NCBI GenBank assembly: GCA_021783355.1
Contig: JAJXTZ010000001.1
Location: 1-50,203 of the forward strand
DNA length: 50,203 nucleotides
Source: a bacterium
GTDB taxonomy: Bacteria; Elusimicrobiota; Elusimicrobia; UBA1565; UBA9628
Direction: 5' to 3'
In this document: positions 48,995 through 50,203 of the stretch, piece after piece
Numbering within the stretch: position 1 is the first letter of the stretch
How the letters are laid out: the number at the start of each line of letters is the position of its first letter
Program-made: the position numbers and the translations under genes
The notes under the pieces: model-generated
Databases searched by the model: none
Told to the model about the DNA's origin: nothing
Seen by the model: only the letters and a program-made list of their open reading frames with translations

Positions 48995-50139
48995 GCCTTC
49001 GCTTCCTGACGGCGGGCGAGTCGCACGGCCAGGCCCTGGTCGGCATCCTGGAGGGCCTGCCGGCGGGCCTGGCGCTGACCGCCGAGGACCTCCAGCGCGA
49101 CCTGCTGCGCCGCAAGAAGGGCCACGGCCGCGGCCGCCGCCAGGAGATCGAGGGCGACGCGGTGGAGATCCTGGCCGGCGTGCGCCGCGGCAAGACCCTG
49201 GGTTCGCCGCTGGCCCTGCTGGTCCCGAACCTGGACTTCAAGAACTGGCGGGGAATCATGGGCGCCGAGCCCACGGACGCGCCCTCCCAGCGCCGCGTGG
49301 AGGTCCCGCGCCCCGGTCACGCGGACCTGGTCGGCCGCCTCAAGTACGGCTTCGACGACATGCGCGACGTGCTGGAGCGCGCCTCCGCGCGCGAGACCGC
49401 GATGCGCGTGGCCCTGGGCGGGGCCGCGCGGCGCTTGCTGGAGGAGTGCGGCGTCGTCGTCGCCAGCCGCGTGGTCGCCATCGGCGGCGTCGAGGACCCG
49501 GCCCCGGCTCCGGTCCCGGTCGCCGAGCTCGACGCCCTGACCGACCGCGACCCGGTCCGCTGCGCCAGCCCCGAGGCCTCGGCGCGCATGGTCGCGCGCG
49601 TGGACGAGGCCAAGGCCGCGGGCGACACGCTGGGCGGTGTGTTCGAGGTGCTCGTCGAGGGCCTGCCCGCGGGGCTGGGCTCCTACGCGCACTGGGACCG
49701 GCGCCTGGAGGGGCCGCTCTCGGCGGCCTTGATGAGCCTGAACGCGGTCAAGGGCGTGGAGGTGGGCCTCGGCTTCGCCGCCGCGCGCCTGCCCGGCTCC
49801 GGCGCGCACGACGCCTACGAGCCGCGCGGGCGCAAGGTCGCCTACCGCTCCAACCGCTCCGGCGGCCTGGACGGCGGAATGACCACGGGGCAGACCCTGG
49901 TCCTGCGCGCGGCGATGAAGCCTCTGGCGACGCTGATGAAGCCGCTCGACTCCGTGGACCTGCGCACGATGAAGCCGGCCAAGGCGCACGTGGAGCGCTC
50001 CGACGCCTGCGCGGTCCCGGCCGCCGCGGTGATCGGGGAGTCCTTGGCCGCGCTGGTGCTGGCGGGCGCGGTCCTGGACAAGTTCGGCGGGGACTCGATG
50101 GGCGAGCTCCTGCCGCGGGTGCGGGCGTGGCGGCGGTGA
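48991..50139 (+). CDS. aroC: chorismate synthase
   Basis: LRFLTAGESHGQALVGILEG.PAG...RPGHADL...ERASARETA are the chorismate synthase signatures. ATGA overlap. Confidence 0.95.
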   Translation: MSLRFLTAGESHGQALVGILEGLPAGLALTAEDLQRDLLRRKKGHGRGRRQEIEGDAVEILAGVRRGKTLGSPLALLVPNLDFKNWRGIMGAEPTDAPSQRRVEVPRPGHADLVGRLKYGFDDMRDVLERASARETAMRVALGGAARRLLEECGVVVASRVVAIGGVEDPAPAPVPVAELDALTDRDPVRCASPEASARMVARVDEAKAAGDTLGGVFEVLVEGLPAGLGSYAHWDRRLEGPLSAALMSLNAVKGVEVGLGFAAARLPGSGAHDAYEPRGRKVAYRSNRSGGLDGGMTTGQTLVLRAAMKPLATLMKPLDSVDLRTMKPAKAHVERSDACAVPAAAVIGESLAALVLAGAVLDKFGGDSMGELLPRVRAWRR

Positions 50140-50203
50140 GGGGCGCGGTGTACCTGACCGGCTTCATGGGGACGGGCAAGTCCGCCGTGGGGCGGGCGCT
50201 GGC
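50136..50203 (+). CDS. aroK: shikimate kinase, N-terminal fragment (runs off the window end)
   Basis: GTG overlapping the aroC stop. Translation VRGAVYLTGFMGTGKSAVGRAL contains the Walker A GxxGxGKS typical of AroK. Confidence 0.6.
   Translation, partial: MRGAVYLTGFMGTGKSAVGRAL

Overview
About 50 kb of very GC-rich (roughly 70% or more) bacterial chromosome with about 55 densely packed genes. The organism appears diderm: it has a TolC-like outer membrane factor, an RND pump, a DUF1207-type protein and a lipobox lipoprotein. All family calls come from motifs I recognise by eye in the translated ORFs; I ran no database search.

Gene content in order:
- 1-1429: N-terminal fragment of an exported protein, an ArsC/Spx-like protein, an XRE regulator and a single-domain response regulator.
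- 1443-6695: a GDP-glycero-manno-heptose cassette (gmhA, GT2, Gfo/Idh/MocA, hddA, hddC, GT-C).
- 6699-16582: a block of mostly opposite-strand genes that reads as a sulfide-tolerance module. It holds DUF2892, an RND pump and OMF without an adaptor, a small unannotated ORF, sulfide:quinone oxidoreductase behind a sigma54-type promoter, an RsrA-like anti-sigma with its ECF sigma, and divergent cydAB.
- 16620-24908: two more glycan cassettes (acetyltransferase, DegT aminotransferase, GT-C; then GT2, GT-C, WecA-like, UGM-like flavoprotein).
- 24905-27532: a lipoprotein, a DEDDh exonuclease, queC and queE, all translationally coupled to the glycan genes.
- 27533-28858: a small low-GC islet with a 26-bp perfect inverted repeat, an orphan XRE gene and a secreted protein.
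- 28863-33262: mutL and mutS.
- 33287-36559: DUF1207, tlpA and ccdA, divergent from exported msrB-msrA.
- 36577-50203: fumC, a sensor-less histidine kinase, and a trp/aro supraoperon (trpDCF, trpBA, DAHP synthase, aroA, aroE, aroC, aroK). The supraoperon is interrupted by a three-gene insert: an EXORDIUM/PHI-1-like secreted protein, a heme-oxygenase-like diiron enzyme and LysR.

I found no rRNA, tRNA, CRISPR array, transposase or integrase.

Window-wide pattern: most operon-first genes have a -10-like hexamer 6-9 nt upstream of the start codon, implying leaderless mRNAs. Internal genes are chained by 4-nt start/stop overlaps.

Best candidates for undescribed biology:
- the sulfide module with its adaptor-less RND/OMF pair;
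- the heptose + GT2 + GT-C cassette, which may make a polyprenyl-phosphate-heptose donor;
- the HDO/LysR/EXORDIUM-like insert inside the trp operon;
- the 91-nt AT-rich perfect hairpin element.
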